From IMG/VR virus record IMGVR_UViG_641201006_000001, positions 32,001-96,000 of that record: a DNA stretch of 64,000 nucleotides; one strand, given 5' to 3'. This stretch comes from a virus. Its lineage: Duplodnaviria > Caudoviricetes. The notes beneath the pieces are model-generated. The model made no database searches. It was not told where the DNA came from and was given only the letters and a program-made list of their open reading frames with translations. Both the position numbers and the translations under genes were made by a program. Position 1 is the first letter of the stretch, and every line of letters starts with the position of its first letter. Positions 26,601-35,362 of this stretch are shown in pieces.

Positions 26601-28236
26601 TGATCCATCTCGTATCTCGAACGGATTATGGAGAATGGCAGAAGGGTTAAAAGGATTAACAAACGAACCGGATGAAGTAAAGGCAAAAGCGAAGGCTCTT
26701 AATTCCCTTGTACTTCCGTTCTTACAGGAACAAGGATTCATTAAAGAGTTTGACCAAGCGTCACCTCCGGGAATGGTCAGCGTTGTAAATCAGCTTATGA
26801 AGAATAAACATAACCTTCCGGCTTATGAAGACTATGACCCAATCGTAAGTGCTGAAATGAGTAAGAGTGATATGGGATACCAAAAGTTCTTACAAGATAA
26901 GCATGATGAAATCCTTGAACCACACCGTCAATCGTTAACGACTCTGCAACGTAGTAAGCAACAAGTGTATCAAAGTCAGTTATCGGAGTTACGTGAACAA
27001 GGACTCTATGATCCACGGCTGACAGTTGAGCCACGCATTAGTGGATTCGATTTAGATACAATGCGCTTTGGTCGTAACGGCAGTGTATCAACTATGCAAG
27101 CAGATGAACTAGGACGATTGCTACAAGTGATTGACCCAAGAACAAGTGCTGATGCAGTTGACGCACGTAATACCATTGCTGGTGAATTATTTAACCGTGC
27201 GATTGGTGATGGACGTTTCAATATCCAAGACGTTATCGACGCTGGTGAGAGCGACAGACTTGCAGCAATGCGTGCCTTAAACTGGGTGACACCTGATAAC
27301 CAAGTGAACACGAACGTTGCCACTCACTTAGTCGGTGAGCCGGGCATTCATGCAAGTGAACCTCTTGGTATGCAAAGTGTTCAGATGTTAGATAAGATTG
27401 CTGAACAAGATGTCGGAAAGTATACTAGAGATAACGGATATAGTTCTTACCAAGATAAGATTCGTAACTGGAAAGGATACGAAGATACGGATGGTAAATG
27501 GGTAGGTGCGTATGATACAAGCGGTAACCGTCTTGAATATCCGGGTCGATTCCCTGAGGCTCCCGACAATGAATCACGAAGAGTATCCACCTTCGATCCG
27601 AAGGAAGCATCTCGTGCTTCGAATGAACAGATTAAAGCTGATGGACAAGGACGACGCACGCAAACACCAACGCCGGGTGAGGGCGGTCAGAATGCTCTAC
27701 GTTACTACCGTACAGAGAACCTTGACCCGAATACCAATTACCAACACAGCAATGCGATTAGTGAAGCCCTGCATTCTGCAAAAGAGAAAGCTACTAATCT
27801 AGCATCTGAAATGTGGCACGGCACACCGGGTAAAGCAATGAAGTGGATGGCCGGTATCGGTGCTGCTGCTTTTGCGGTGAACCAGTTTATGAATGCCGCT
27901 TCTCCTGTTCAGTTGCAACGTAAACCTATGGGTCACGGCGTTGAAGGTGCAACAGGTCAAGCGAACGACGGATTAAATCAACAGCAGAACCAACCTGCTA
28001 CTGGCGGTAAAACATACGTCAATAGCGGAGAGAGTCAACCACCTGCTGGTTATGAAGTGAATGTAAAAGGTACGGCTAAAGGAGATGTCGATTACAATGC
28101 GATGCAGGAGAAGGTTAATCAGACCATCGGTAACTTCAACGCTAACATCTCGGATGACCGTTCTACATTCAACCGTTCATGGCTAGAGAAACAGTTCGGT
28201 GACTACATTGATAGAGGATACGTGGGGCAGGAATAA
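20623..28236 (+). CDS. Giant (2537 aa) putative tape measure protein containing a split DEDDh exonuclease-like domain
   Basis: Longest ORF, mostly helical and charged, lies between the chaperones and the hub. Motifs YLDIETTG, LAGQNVADAD and HLARAD. C-terminal hydrophobic segment WMAGIGAAAFAV. Confidence 0.75.
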   Translation: MMNNYNENYAREIFFNRMMYFINEIKTGMVKDGVQNPAAEQQLLTQAHNVIQAQTMADTNYKFQLNNIYALTRNSDPVTLGNTMANNIKDLGYLPDSMKRVAERQAVSFTEELNSFMSGLQSRGLTNTSTSVVKANSMLTNTETFIRHDLYQSVEDIGIIGRRIHDQNFYHDNVFAQVNEAIFQYTQGADAVDQQGRKVGFSDLERSYRDYLMTQSITAQEMDRWGVIGYTDDKINKVLANIDHDPASFRIFAHDLQQGVNQYTRLIKGDRQQLNGVRQILKDAEAQKKPLVEVIEKSYANTKIGQEVLKKVRASGNKTDDYVRNMMRNFMMMKGNMEVPVVLASSVTDQTQRMVDAIGGAMKEMNNPKNPDYALYQKYRGIKGEHTKFMNELYTIRKEANVEGSLYINNQESLSHRANSMNMNEDTNVAYKKETLPDVNGEDRPRLNGEKRSTLPSQSNEYVSRTYDTKMGSVIHIDEANNTYYESNRLAMILDANDEAERKHKRAIEEQLAEGRERPQQPMNRFRNIFAQYFVETGSEEAKRLAGKAEADLSVVFNKDKYDPSMRNVISEATFNDIKERIANKEVSYENFSITRYQAKDRNQRSVDKWESALENNESIRMKGSEVGHRIVPNKDGRAVSSDGYVTLEREHELVENARIKMKVEQENVQDLLDQMDERRRRAKVTEEASRKVVEEIQDDAFINIRYKQEAVSEDLKNRSEFLYERLSNTDKYLQDNDLTKYGIKEANVRAIDIANEFNVYRKNLTELDPEGIEHRKSLPKFLLRMAESHAPWMMDDTSELVSHSEVALREVLNRMANGQQTIDLTDEGLLKEFDVYAERDAMGQLTQRAEKQRNQFIENLAGRNISQRLEDNLFLKVLGEMVQQNFQDKGTNGGVESLIRAAADMAEQNDRRGIAHDIHSMIKSPTMEFLFKEHGYYAQARSLTPDQIGRIIREREMTEASMVSFERLIQNDVDFSTADEIWSQRGINPMEGQEVRVGGDAYIKQAYDEVYDTRIANAYGNPEQSVVTKLGSLTDTDYKGGRVTDEAEIMERSKAQLLRVKEEELTMEYKANKMNTFIEDLKTKGVSFNHIDDVNTMLDLAKEQGMEHIEATVRDQPAYIYKGEKGDVIAHLLRDDRRIQLVNSSAGLQDSVHVDDKYPTKLYGGAQIQYDYGDGGVPVRHQYTSYDTIQGSGKFARSSNPSVTVEGFQRFLRGTDKMTYLDIETTGLSGSTLPEEVIQPLEVHMQKVQWDRRNGRLLQNEDGEFVIRHAGRETVREQQLIMGLKPETKAFMEDVIANEDFRFTVGDRSYDLIDYEHHKGRINDLINKSENAVDIRRQIVEKQDKLWFLRNIAKYAFPDTEDHGEIMRYQQYAGNMELPKSGSEFLTVLREDVQKAADNLASAGTSGGVKFSPVQVGTTEEGMIKHVSRFVGKGMLAGQNVADADWSKFVNISNKLVQEATLPFKTAQKALMDGITDVANTHVLDTLRDIQLAANLSDVNGFDKATKAYIEPVIKQMMKEDTGYKSLSDVFDDIRKANSEGMGHERFTAMLDSLQAGKDVDGFDSKLTMNLHRRIEDFAHIDDLYQSASEGNSMPKWAKKGKLNHFNDESTKEMLTGIDKLVKDVNVTGDELRRVQKIQADLPRPKIVEQMYLYNMVNPNAVGRSAEAQFEAMNIKVDDATGLHLARADVRNNLKLIERYGQELGYDPDFMFFDTTPLQKGDVVDLHTSFDDRIARGVYSVDSIDKAKHTMTFGRTLEDGTEEMHTIYGKSSADLSRKVNNHFAFIGTGGDAGATELAIDRFTQDNARRQVNRAMRHADVFDKYNNEIDELVENNKLTHDPLRKMQAIYEEAQDKVNPEYGPAMHPKDLSLAEQVALHKDNVNFFEGTAVQEALDETASNTKRLAFDKTEDWMLSPEGRQRYTFLDEVRSMEAAGALDPKMSNTLVKQWNDAIKEEGLRRGAKHSVFNRANLGTLDNRFGYMNGRQFVLDTSDPSRISNGLWRMAEGLKGLTNEPDEVKAKAKALNSLVLPFLQEQGFIKEFDQASPPGMVSVVNQLMKNKHNLPAYEDYDPIVSAEMSKSDMGYQKFLQDKHDEILEPHRQSLTTLQRSKQQVYQSQLSELREQGLYDPRLTVEPRISGFDLDTMRFGRNGSVSTMQADELGRLLQVIDPRTSADAVDARNTIAGELFNRAIGDGRFNIQDVIDAGESDRLAAMRALNWVTPDNQVNTNVATHLVGEPGIHASEPLGMQSVQMLDKIAEQDVGKYTRDNGYSSYQDKIRNWKGYEDTDGKWVGAYDTSGNRLEYPGRFPEAPDNESRRVSTFDPKEASRASNEQIKADGQGRRTQTPTPGEGGQNALRYYRTENLDPNTNYQHSNAISEALHSAKEKATNLASEMWHGTPGKAMKWMAGIGAAAFAVNQFMNAASPVQLQRKPMGHGVEGATGQANDGLNQQQNQPATGGKTYVNSGESQPPAGYEVNVKGTAKGDVDYNAMQEKVNQTIGNFNANISDDRSTFNRSWLEKQFGDYIDRGYVGQE

Positions 28237-28244
28237 ACTGCCCC
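28224..28244 (+). promoter_or_regulatory. GC-rich hairpin with the stop codon of the 2537-aa gene in its loop
   Basis: ggggcag-gaataaa-ctgcccc, with no convincing U-tract. Confidence 0.45.
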
Positions 28245-28267
28245 TATCTATAAAAGAGGTGAGGAAT

Positions 28268-31200
28268 ATGGCATTAGCAACATCGGCTAATTATCATGGC
28301 CCCGAAAGTAATAGTTACCAAACCGGTTTCCGGGCAAAGCTCGCCGGTACAGATAAATATAATGCACTAATTGAAAAAGTAGCGGCAGAGACAGGATGTA
28401 ACCCACTACTGATGAAAGTTCTGATGGCTATGGAATCGGGCGGACAGATGCTTGGAACAAACAGTCTCGGATACTTCGGTCTGATGCAGACGAACTACAA
28501 ACGATTCAGTAAAGAACTTGGTGCAGCCTATCGAACTGACCCGTACCTACAAATCAAATCGGGTGCGATCGAGTTAATCGAGAAGAAAGATTACATCATG
28601 GGTGTAATCAAACGTGGTAACGGTAAAGGCCCGAAAGAAAAATGGACAGAAGAAATCTTCCAAACAGCATGGGCTTACAATGGATATACAATCAACGCAA
28701 GTTCTAAGATGATGGATGGATATAGATATGCACAAACCTTCCAAGCTGTATACGAAGGTATGGGCGGTAGCATGGCTGATAAAGTTTCGTCTGGTCAGAT
28801 GGGCGGAGGCACTGGAACTGGCGGTGGTGGCGGTACTGGTGGAGAAGTAGCCAAGCCAAAGTATGACGGCGGTGCGCCGGACTGGAAAGGTGGAGGCGAA
28901 CGAGGTATCGGCGGAACAGGGCCGGGAACAAGTACGAAGATGGATGACTATGAGAAGAATGATCCGAACAGCGCAATGTTCATCGGTATGTCACCTGAGG
29001 TAGAAGAGGATGATTATCCGAAGCATCGTTATGCAGGGAATCCATTCGTTCTTCGTATTGGTGATAGTCAGTTCTTTATTCCGCCAACGTCCATTAAAAC
29101 AGATAAAACGTCGAGTATCGCAGAGCAACATATACTGCGTGCGAAGACACCTATCATGACGAAATCCGGTTACACTTTACATACGCTTTCGATTCAGATG
29201 TACTTCTTCGGTGAAGAACAAATCAATGGATACCCAATAGAGGGGCCGGGCGGGAAGACGTATTATATGGATGGTCTTCGTCCTTTACTAGCGCAGTTCT
29301 ATAAGAATCCATTCTTACCGATTCGAAATGAGTTAATCAATAACCAGCACAACATTTATAACGTTGCCTTGCAGGACATTTCTTACACAGTTGACCCTGA
29401 CTTCTCGGACGCAATTGTCGTAAATCTAACACTGATTGAATGTTGCGTGGAACCATACATCAACTACCCTGAGTTTGTATACGATAGAATCTTTGTCTAT
29501 CCGTTATTCCGTTGGTGGTATCAACAACAGATGCTCGGCAAAGAGACAGAGCGTTATTCGGGTACATGGCTAAAGCCTGTTAACAAACATCTAAACGGGA
29601 AAGCATTCTTTAAAGTATTAGACCGTGACCTCATTGAACAAATGAAGGACGATGTAATGAAGAAGAATGACGGGAAGACAACGAAGGATGGTCAAACGAT
29701 TAATCCGGAGTACGCACTTGCTCGCATGAAGATCGGCGACATACGAAAACTGATGGTCGAATGGGAGACTGGGGATGCGGTACTTACAAACGTCACGGTA
29801 TCCGTTGGTAAAAACTTAACACCAATGTATATGGACGATTATGAGAAACCATTGTTCCAAGACTTAGGCGGAATGGTACGTGGCTTTACGCTAGAGTATT
29901 ATTGTACAAACCGTGGAGAGTTAGAATCCTTCCAAGCACTTGCGTCACACTTAGAAGAGTTAAGCCGTGACTATCGTTTCCGATTCGTATCGGGTTACCT
30001 TGCGATTGATAATGAACTGATTAACTTAGCCGGGATCCAAAACGCTATGATAACAAATATCCAAACAAGTACCGTTGAAGGTATGTCGGATAACTATATC
30101 GTTCGTATCACATGTCGTGAGTTTAATGCGAACCAAAAGAATGAGGAGCGCTTAAACGGTATCAACTACACAATGAAAGAATCCCTAAACAAATACGGAT
30201 TCGTAGATGCGATACCAACGAAGACAAACCGTAAGAGCGAGATTGCATACGAAGCAGAGGTTATGAAAATCCTAAACGACTTAGAGCTATATCCTGACCT
30301 TGAGTTACCTACATTCGAAGTAGCGAACAAAGCGGTAGCAGAAATCAATGCGTACCGTGAGAAGAGAGGTCAATCGAAGTTACCATACGATAAGCTCAAA
30401 CAACCTGACAATGCGACGTGGTGTGACCCTGACTTCTATATGGCATATCCATCTACGAAGCAAGCCTATTCTCATATGCAGTTAGGAGATATGGGTGACA
30501 AGATTATCAACCAACTTCGTAACGGATCCTATGATGAAATTAAAAACATGAGTAACGACGAAGGCTTTTGGAAAACAGCAGATGACATTCAGCAGTTATT
30601 CACAAAAGGTGTTGTCGATAATTCATGGGATGCAGATGCAGACGGAAAACGTAAGTTACTCAAGAGTTCATCTGTCACATTTGAGAATGCCACAAAAGAC
30701 TTCTTAGTGGATGCAGGACAAAGCTGGGGCGATGACAATAGTATTCCGGAAGACAAACAACTTGTTGAGATGATGACACATGACATGCTTAAATACAGTC
30801 ACCGTGGTCGTATGACTCGTGCCTTCCCTTCTTACATGCTACTATTCGTAGATGAAGGACAATGGGTAGACGGCAAGCGATTATGGAATAACTATTATAC
30901 CTATCATGCGATTCAGCAGATGGATATTATATCGGATAAAGAGAATCCAGTTGACCTTGCGTTTGTTACTTTATCAAACGTATACGGTACATTCGACTTC
31001 CAAGCGAAGATGAGTGACCCACGTAAGTATGCAAAAGAACCAATTGGATTACCGGGTCGTATCGGTGCATTAATCGACGACTTTAGTTTCACCGTTACCG
31101 CTAAAGTAATGGCAGAACGCTCGCAGTTAATGGAGCAAGTGAAACTGCGTGAAGGCGCACGAGTACATATGCGAATGGGTTATAGTGCAACAGCAGGTAA

Positions 31201-33979
31201 TATGCCGATTGTATTTAACGGTAAGATTGCTTCTGTTAATGAAGGGGAAGTTATTCAGATGCTATGTCAAGGCGACGGCGCAGAACTGATTAACCAATAC
31301 TACAGCACAGATCCAAAAGGTGATACGCCAAATGAACCGCACAATACATTCCAAGAGATGCTAACGAAACGTACAAGTAACTACTGGTTCACTGTATCAG
31401 AGGACTGGGAATTCGGTGACAACTATCTAAGTTACTACGGCATTGAACACTTTGGATTCGTAGAGAGTGAAGCAGGTGGTTTCTGGAAAGGTCTAGGCAA
31501 GAACTTCGAAATCCTAAAGAGCTTCCTAACGGACTCTGTACCGTTCTCTGCTTACGACATTATGAAGAACATCTATAAGGGTTCGAACTCACCAGTAACA
31601 GGACAGGAGACAGGATGGAGTCCATTTGACGGCGAGAAGAATATTAACATCGCTGCTTACAATAAGACGCCGTGGGATATTGGACAGATACTATCTATGT
31701 TCGTTCCGGAATTTATCTGCGCCCCTCATCATCACGGATTCCGTAGTACCTTGTTCTTCGGTATGCCACACTGGCCTGTGAAATATGAATACATTTTAAA
31801 AGACGGCAAAGAAGGAAACAGCTACACGGATTATCAAGAGAAGGTAAAACCATTCCAGCAGTTCCATATGATTACGTCGGGTAATGATATTATCGCCAAC
31901 AAAATACAGGCAAGCAGTGAGAAGTTAAAACACATTGCAGTCGGTATGTATAAGATGGGTAGCGGGCAAGATGCTGCTGAGTCCTATACAGTATGGGCGG
32001 ATAGAACGATCATTAAAGAACATCAAAAGATGATGCTTGTAGAAACTGGCGTATGGCAAGATTTACTTGGCCCCGACTTCTTATATACAGCGCTCGGTAA
32101 GTACGGATTAAAACCGGTACTCGAAGCGCCGGGTTCCTTACTATCTACAATCGGTGACTTATTAGAATCAGCACCGCTAGGAGATACAATGGATGATGTC
32201 GGTAAGAAGTTCCAAGAATGGGGCGAAGGATGGATTGAATGGTTAGATGCAGATAGTATTTTCACTCCTGGTCAAGTGCAAGCACGTACCGTTGCGATTG
32301 GTGCATTGCAACGTAAGTTCATGGAAATGTATCAGGGCGAACTTGTTATCCTCGGTGATCCATCTATTAAACCGTGGGACATCTTCTACTTAGACGATAC
32401 ACACATGCTGATGAACGGTACAGCGCAAGCAGGGAAAGTATCACACTCACTTAGTTTGCAGACAGGATTTACTACAGTTATCAAGCCGGACTTAATCACA
32501 AGTCGTACCGATGGTAAGGGAATGCGTACTGGTGTTATGAACGGACTCATCCTTATGGGTTCTGCACTTGCTGTTATTACATCACGTAAAATCCTTATGT
32601 CACGCTTCGTTAACTCGGTAGCGAGACTCGGATTAAAAGGTGCAATGAAAACAGGTAGTGGTGCAGGTAAGGTTGTATCAAAGTTCACACCAAAAGCTAT
32701 CAAGCAAGCAAGGGTAGCGAAGTGGGGTGCGAAACAACTGAAGGCTGGCGGTACGTTCCTAAAAGAAGGAAAGTATTTAACCAAAGGTCTGAACTTGTTA
32801 AAAGGTAATATCGTAACCCTCGTACTATTCGGTGCTGTATCAGAGTGGGTTGGCACTTGGTTCGAGAAGAATACGAAGTACAACAATATGATTTATATCT
32901 ATCCATTATGGAAGATGGGTGAGCCATTCGCCGCAGGTATCACTGGCGGAGCGCACATCATTCCGGGCTACATGGATAAACGATTCTCCGACCCTTACTC
33001 AACTGGCAAATTCGTTCAACCGAAAATGCAGTTCATAGATGAGAAAGGTAGGGAGAAAAAGAAGAAAGGTGGATCATCGGGTAGCGGTGGTTCCGGTGGC
33101 GGAGGAAGCAGTGCTTCTCGTAATGCTATCGTTGAGGGTGGTAAATCATATGAAGGGAAACTGAAATACGTATTCGGTGGTACAAACATCGAAGGCGGTA
33201 CAGGTGACTGTTCAGGATTTACAAGCCACGTATTCAAGAAGTTCGGTAACCTAAACATTGGTCGTACGACAGGTGAACAGGTAAAGAACGGTACGCAAGT
33301 TGAGAACGGAAAAGAGCAACCGGGTGACTTAATCTTCTTCAAGAATACATATAACAGTACACACATCTACGGTGTATCTCACGTTGGTATCGTTATTGGT
33401 GATAAGAAGATGGTTCACTTAGGAGATAGCGGTTGTCAAATCTCCGACTATACAACGAAATATTGGAAAGAGCATTTCCTTATGTTCCGTTCGTATATTA
33501 CTGACATGGGTTCTATCGAAGTCATTTCAGGCGGAGCGTTCCGTCATCCACTTGAACGTCGTACTTCTATTACATCAGGCTTCGGAATGCGTAAAGGCGG
33601 TATGCATAAAGGAACAGACTTAGCTCCACTCGGATATGCAGGTAAAGGGCAAGCACTTGAAACCAAAGTCTATGCCGTTGCAGATGGTAAGATTATAGAT
33701 ATGGGACTAAGTGATTCAATGGGTAACTATGTAATCCTTGCTACAGCAAATAAAGCAGGTGCGCCGCACGTTATTACGTACATGCACTTTAGACAACATG
33801 CTCCGGGCGTTTCAAAAGGTATGCAAGTGAAAGCCGGTACGTTCATTGGATACATGGGTACGACAGGTGAATCAACTGGTGTCCATCTTCACATTGAAGT
33901 CAATCCGGGAACGTCACGCAATAGGGAAGGAAGGATTGACCCTGTTCCGTGGTTCCAACAACAAGGGGTGCAGTTATAA
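28268..33979 (+). CDS. Baseplate hub/tail-associated lysin: lytic transglycosylase + hub + NlpC/P60 + M23 peptidase
   Basis: AGAGGTGAGG RBS before ATG 28268. SLT motifs AMESGG and GLMQ; NlpC/P60 motifs YVFGG...DCSG...HVGI; M23 motifs HKGTD, YMH and STGVHLHIEV. Gly-rich linkers flank the central hub region. Confidence 0.9.
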   Translation: MALATSANYHGPESNSYQTGFRAKLAGTDKYNALIEKVAAETGCNPLLMKVLMAMESGGQMLGTNSLGYFGLMQTNYKRFSKELGAAYRTDPYLQIKSGAIELIEKKDYIMGVIKRGNGKGPKEKWTEEIFQTAWAYNGYTINASSKMMDGYRYAQTFQAVYEGMGGSMADKVSSGQMGGGTGTGGGGGTGGEVAKPKYDGGAPDWKGGGERGIGGTGPGTSTKMDDYEKNDPNSAMFIGMSPEVEEDDYPKHRYAGNPFVLRIGDSQFFIPPTSIKTDKTSSIAEQHILRAKTPIMTKSGYTLHTLSIQMYFFGEEQINGYPIEGPGGKTYYMDGLRPLLAQFYKNPFLPIRNELINNQHNIYNVALQDISYTVDPDFSDAIVVNLTLIECCVEPYINYPEFVYDRIFVYPLFRWWYQQQMLGKETERYSGTWLKPVNKHLNGKAFFKVLDRDLIEQMKDDVMKKNDGKTTKDGQTINPEYALARMKIGDIRKLMVEWETGDAVLTNVTVSVGKNLTPMYMDDYEKPLFQDLGGMVRGFTLEYYCTNRGELESFQALASHLEELSRDYRFRFVSGYLAIDNELINLAGIQNAMITNIQTSTVEGMSDNYIVRITCREFNANQKNEERLNGINYTMKESLNKYGFVDAIPTKTNRKSEIAYEAEVMKILNDLELYPDLELPTFEVANKAVAEINAYREKRGQSKLPYDKLKQPDNATWCDPDFYMAYPSTKQAYSHMQLGDMGDKIINQLRNGSYDEIKNMSNDEGFWKTADDIQQLFTKGVVDNSWDADADGKRKLLKSSSVTFENATKDFLVDAGQSWGDDNSIPEDKQLVEMMTHDMLKYSHRGRMTRAFPSYMLLFVDEGQWVDGKRLWNNYYTYHAIQQMDIISDKENPVDLAFVTLSNVYGTFDFQAKMSDPRKYAKEPIGLPGRIGALIDDFSFTVTAKVMAERSQLMEQVKLREGARVHMRMGYSATAGNMPIVFNGKIASVNEGEVIQMLCQGDGAELINQYYSTDPKGDTPNEPHNTFQEMLTKRTSNYWFTVSEDWEFGDNYLSYYGIEHFGFVESEAGGFWKGLGKNFEILKSFLTDSVPFSAYDIMKNIYKGSNSPVTGQETGWSPFDGEKNINIAAYNKTPWDIGQILSMFVPEFICAPHHHGFRSTLFFGMPHWPVKYEYILKDGKEGNSYTDYQEKVKPFQQFHMITSGNDIIANKIQASSEKLKHIAVGMYKMGSGQDAAESYTVWADRTIIKEHQKMMLVETGVWQDLLGPDFLYTALGKYGLKPVLEAPGSLLSTIGDLLESAPLGDTMDDVGKKFQEWGEGWIEWLDADSIFTPGQVQARTVAIGALQRKFMEMYQGELVILGDPSIKPWDIFYLDDTHMLMNGTAQAGKVSHSLSLQTGFTTVIKPDLITSRTDGKGMRTGVMNGLILMGSALAVITSRKILMSRFVNSVARLGLKGAMKTGSGAGKVVSKFTPKAIKQARVAKWGAKQLKAGGTFLKEGKYLTKGLNLLKGNIVTLVLFGAVSEWVGTWFEKNTKYNNMIYIYPLWKMGEPFAAGITGGAHIIPGYMDKRFSDPYSTGKFVQPKMQFIDEKGREKKKKGGSSGSGGSGGGGSSASRNAIVEGGKSYEGKLKYVFGGTNIEGGTGDCSGFTSHVFKKFGNLNIGRTTGEQVKNGTQVENGKEQPGDLIFFKNTYNSTHIYGVSHVGIVIGDKKMVHLGDSGCQISDYTTKYWKEHFLMFRSYITDMGSIEVISGGAFRHPLERRTSITSGFGMRKGGMHKGTDLAPLGYAGKGQALETKVYAVADGKIIDMGLSDSMGNYVILATANKAGAPHVITYMHFRQHAPGVSKGMQVKAGTFIGYMGTTGESTGVHLHIEVNPGTSRNREGRIDPVPWFQQQGVQL

Positions 33980-34362
33980 TGAATCCAGTACAACAAAAGA
34001 TATTTGAAAGTGTCGTATCCCCAGCCTTATCTCAAATGGCTGGGATGTGCATTGGTACGGTAACGGATTTCGTACCCGGTCATAACTTCGGGAGTGTCGT
34101 GTATTCGACTCCCGATAGTGCTGACCAAATTGAAAAACAAGGTGTACCATATATGAACGTCATTGGCGTAAAGACAATGTGTCCAATGCCGGGTGATGAT
34201 GTTCTGATTGGTTTTATCAATAATAGCTACAAGCAACCTGTCATACTTGGTATCATGGATAAAGAGTATGCGTTTCAAACAAGACCGTTATATCAATCTC
34301 ATTTTCGTAACGGTAGTAACATACCTGATTACTATTCTGAAAGAGAAGGAGAGAGTTGGTAA
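33979..34362 (+). CDS. Baseplate spike N-terminal (gpV/gp5 OB-fold-like) protein
   Basis: TAATG coupling with the hub. GVPY...PMPGDDVLIGFINNSYKQPVILG is the typical spike OB-fold motif. Confidence 0.7.
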   Translation: MNPVQQKIFESVVSPALSQMAGMCIGTVTDFVPGHNFGSVVYSTPDSADQIEKQGVPYMNVIGVKTMCPMPGDDVLIGFINNSYKQPVILGIMDKEYAFQTRPLYQSHFRNGSNIPDYYSEREGESW

Positions 34363-34925
34363 TGTGGGTTGATCCATATGCAGTTAATAGACATCCGAGT
34401 AGATTCGGAGAGCATCATGATAAACAATTAGGTGTCGATATACAAGTTGATCCAATGGAAGAAGTCATGAGACGAGTGGAACATAAATTCCAGTATCGTC
34501 CTGAGGAGCAGGGGATATTCCATCCTCTGCTTCATCACGGTATGAAGCTACGAAATAATGGTGCAGTTGAAATCTTTACGAACGATGACACCGGTATTCG
34601 TATCGACAGAAACTCACAAAGCATTAACAACTTCGCCAACCATTATAAGAACCATGTTCACAATATGACGTCATGGCTGACGGGTTCCGAAGCATCTTAT
34701 ATTGAAGGTGAACGCAAGGTAAAGACAGGCGGGAAACATATCATCATATCCGGTGACACGATTGAAGTAACTGGTGCGAAAGATATGAACCTGAAAATTA
34801 GCGGAGATGTGAATGCAAACATATCCGGTCATGCTACAATAGAAGTTGAAAAAGACTTAACGCTTCATAGTAAACACCTAGAGGTAAAAGCAGATACCTA
34901 TCAAACGCCGTGGGGTAAGAAGTAG
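34362..34925 (+). CDS. Baseplate spike C-terminal (beta-helix-like) protein
   Basis: AAGGAG RBS and TAATG coupling. ~8-residue periodic beta repeats (ISGDTIEV, ISGDVNAN, ISGHATIE). Confidence 0.6.
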   Translation: MWVDPYAVNRHPSRFGEHHDKQLGVDIQVDPMEEVMRRVEHKFQYRPEEQGIFHPLLHHGMKLRNNGAVEIFTNDDTGIRIDRNSQSINNFANHYKNHVHNMTSWLTGSEASYIEGERKVKTGGKHIIISGDTIEVTGAKDMNLKISGDVNANISGHATIEVEKDLTLHSKHLEVKADTYQTPWGKK

Positions 34926-34934
34926 GAGGTACGT

Positions 34935-35360
34935 ATGGCTAGGAAAGATACGATTGATTTAGAACTTACGCCGGACGGTGACCTTGTACTTGACCGTAAA
35001 ACGAACGACATTGCTGTTGTACATAAACAACATTACATTGCGCAGTCGGCTCGTATTCGGATTCAAGTAACAGACCCCGAATGGCAGGATTACCAAGTAG
35101 ATCAAATCGGTGCGAACTTAGAAGATTTAATCGGGCTACCGAACACCCAAGAGACAGCGATTGAAGGAATCGAAAGAATCATATACACACTCACAAAAGA
35201 TGGCTTGCTAGACACAGAGGAGATTTATATCAAACCTGTACCAGTAAGTAAGTATGTGATTGCGTTCTATATATTCATTAAGATTCCGGACGTACCTGAA
35301 TCAATTGGGTTTGAAGTCCTGTTCAACCTAGCAACTGGGTTGGCAATAAGGAGTGTATAA
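34935..35360 (+). CDS. gp25-like/XkdS-like baseplate protein (sheath initiator)
   Basis: DGDLVL....DIAVV......QS..IRI.....EW......GANLEDLIG pattern, lying between the spike and J-like genes. Confidence 0.7.
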   Translation: MARKDTIDLELTPDGDLVLDRKTNDIAVVHKQHYIAQSARIRIQVTDPEWQDYQVDQIGANLEDLIGLPNTQETAIEGIERIIYTLTKDGLLDTEEIYIKPVPVSKYVIAFYIFIKIPDVPESIGFEVLFNLATGLAIRSV

Positions 35361-35362
35361 CC

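Noticed and set aside
28795-28930. GGN-rich low-complexity tracts (also ~33065-33110 and ~675-700)
   Set aside because: They encode Gly-rich interdomain linkers, with no evidence of a separate DNA-level element.
32386-32886. 166-aa minus-strand ORF and the many other 60-137-aa antisense or off-frame ORFs
   Set aside because: They overlap long + strand genes and have no recognisable domains. They are expected by-products of codon bias.
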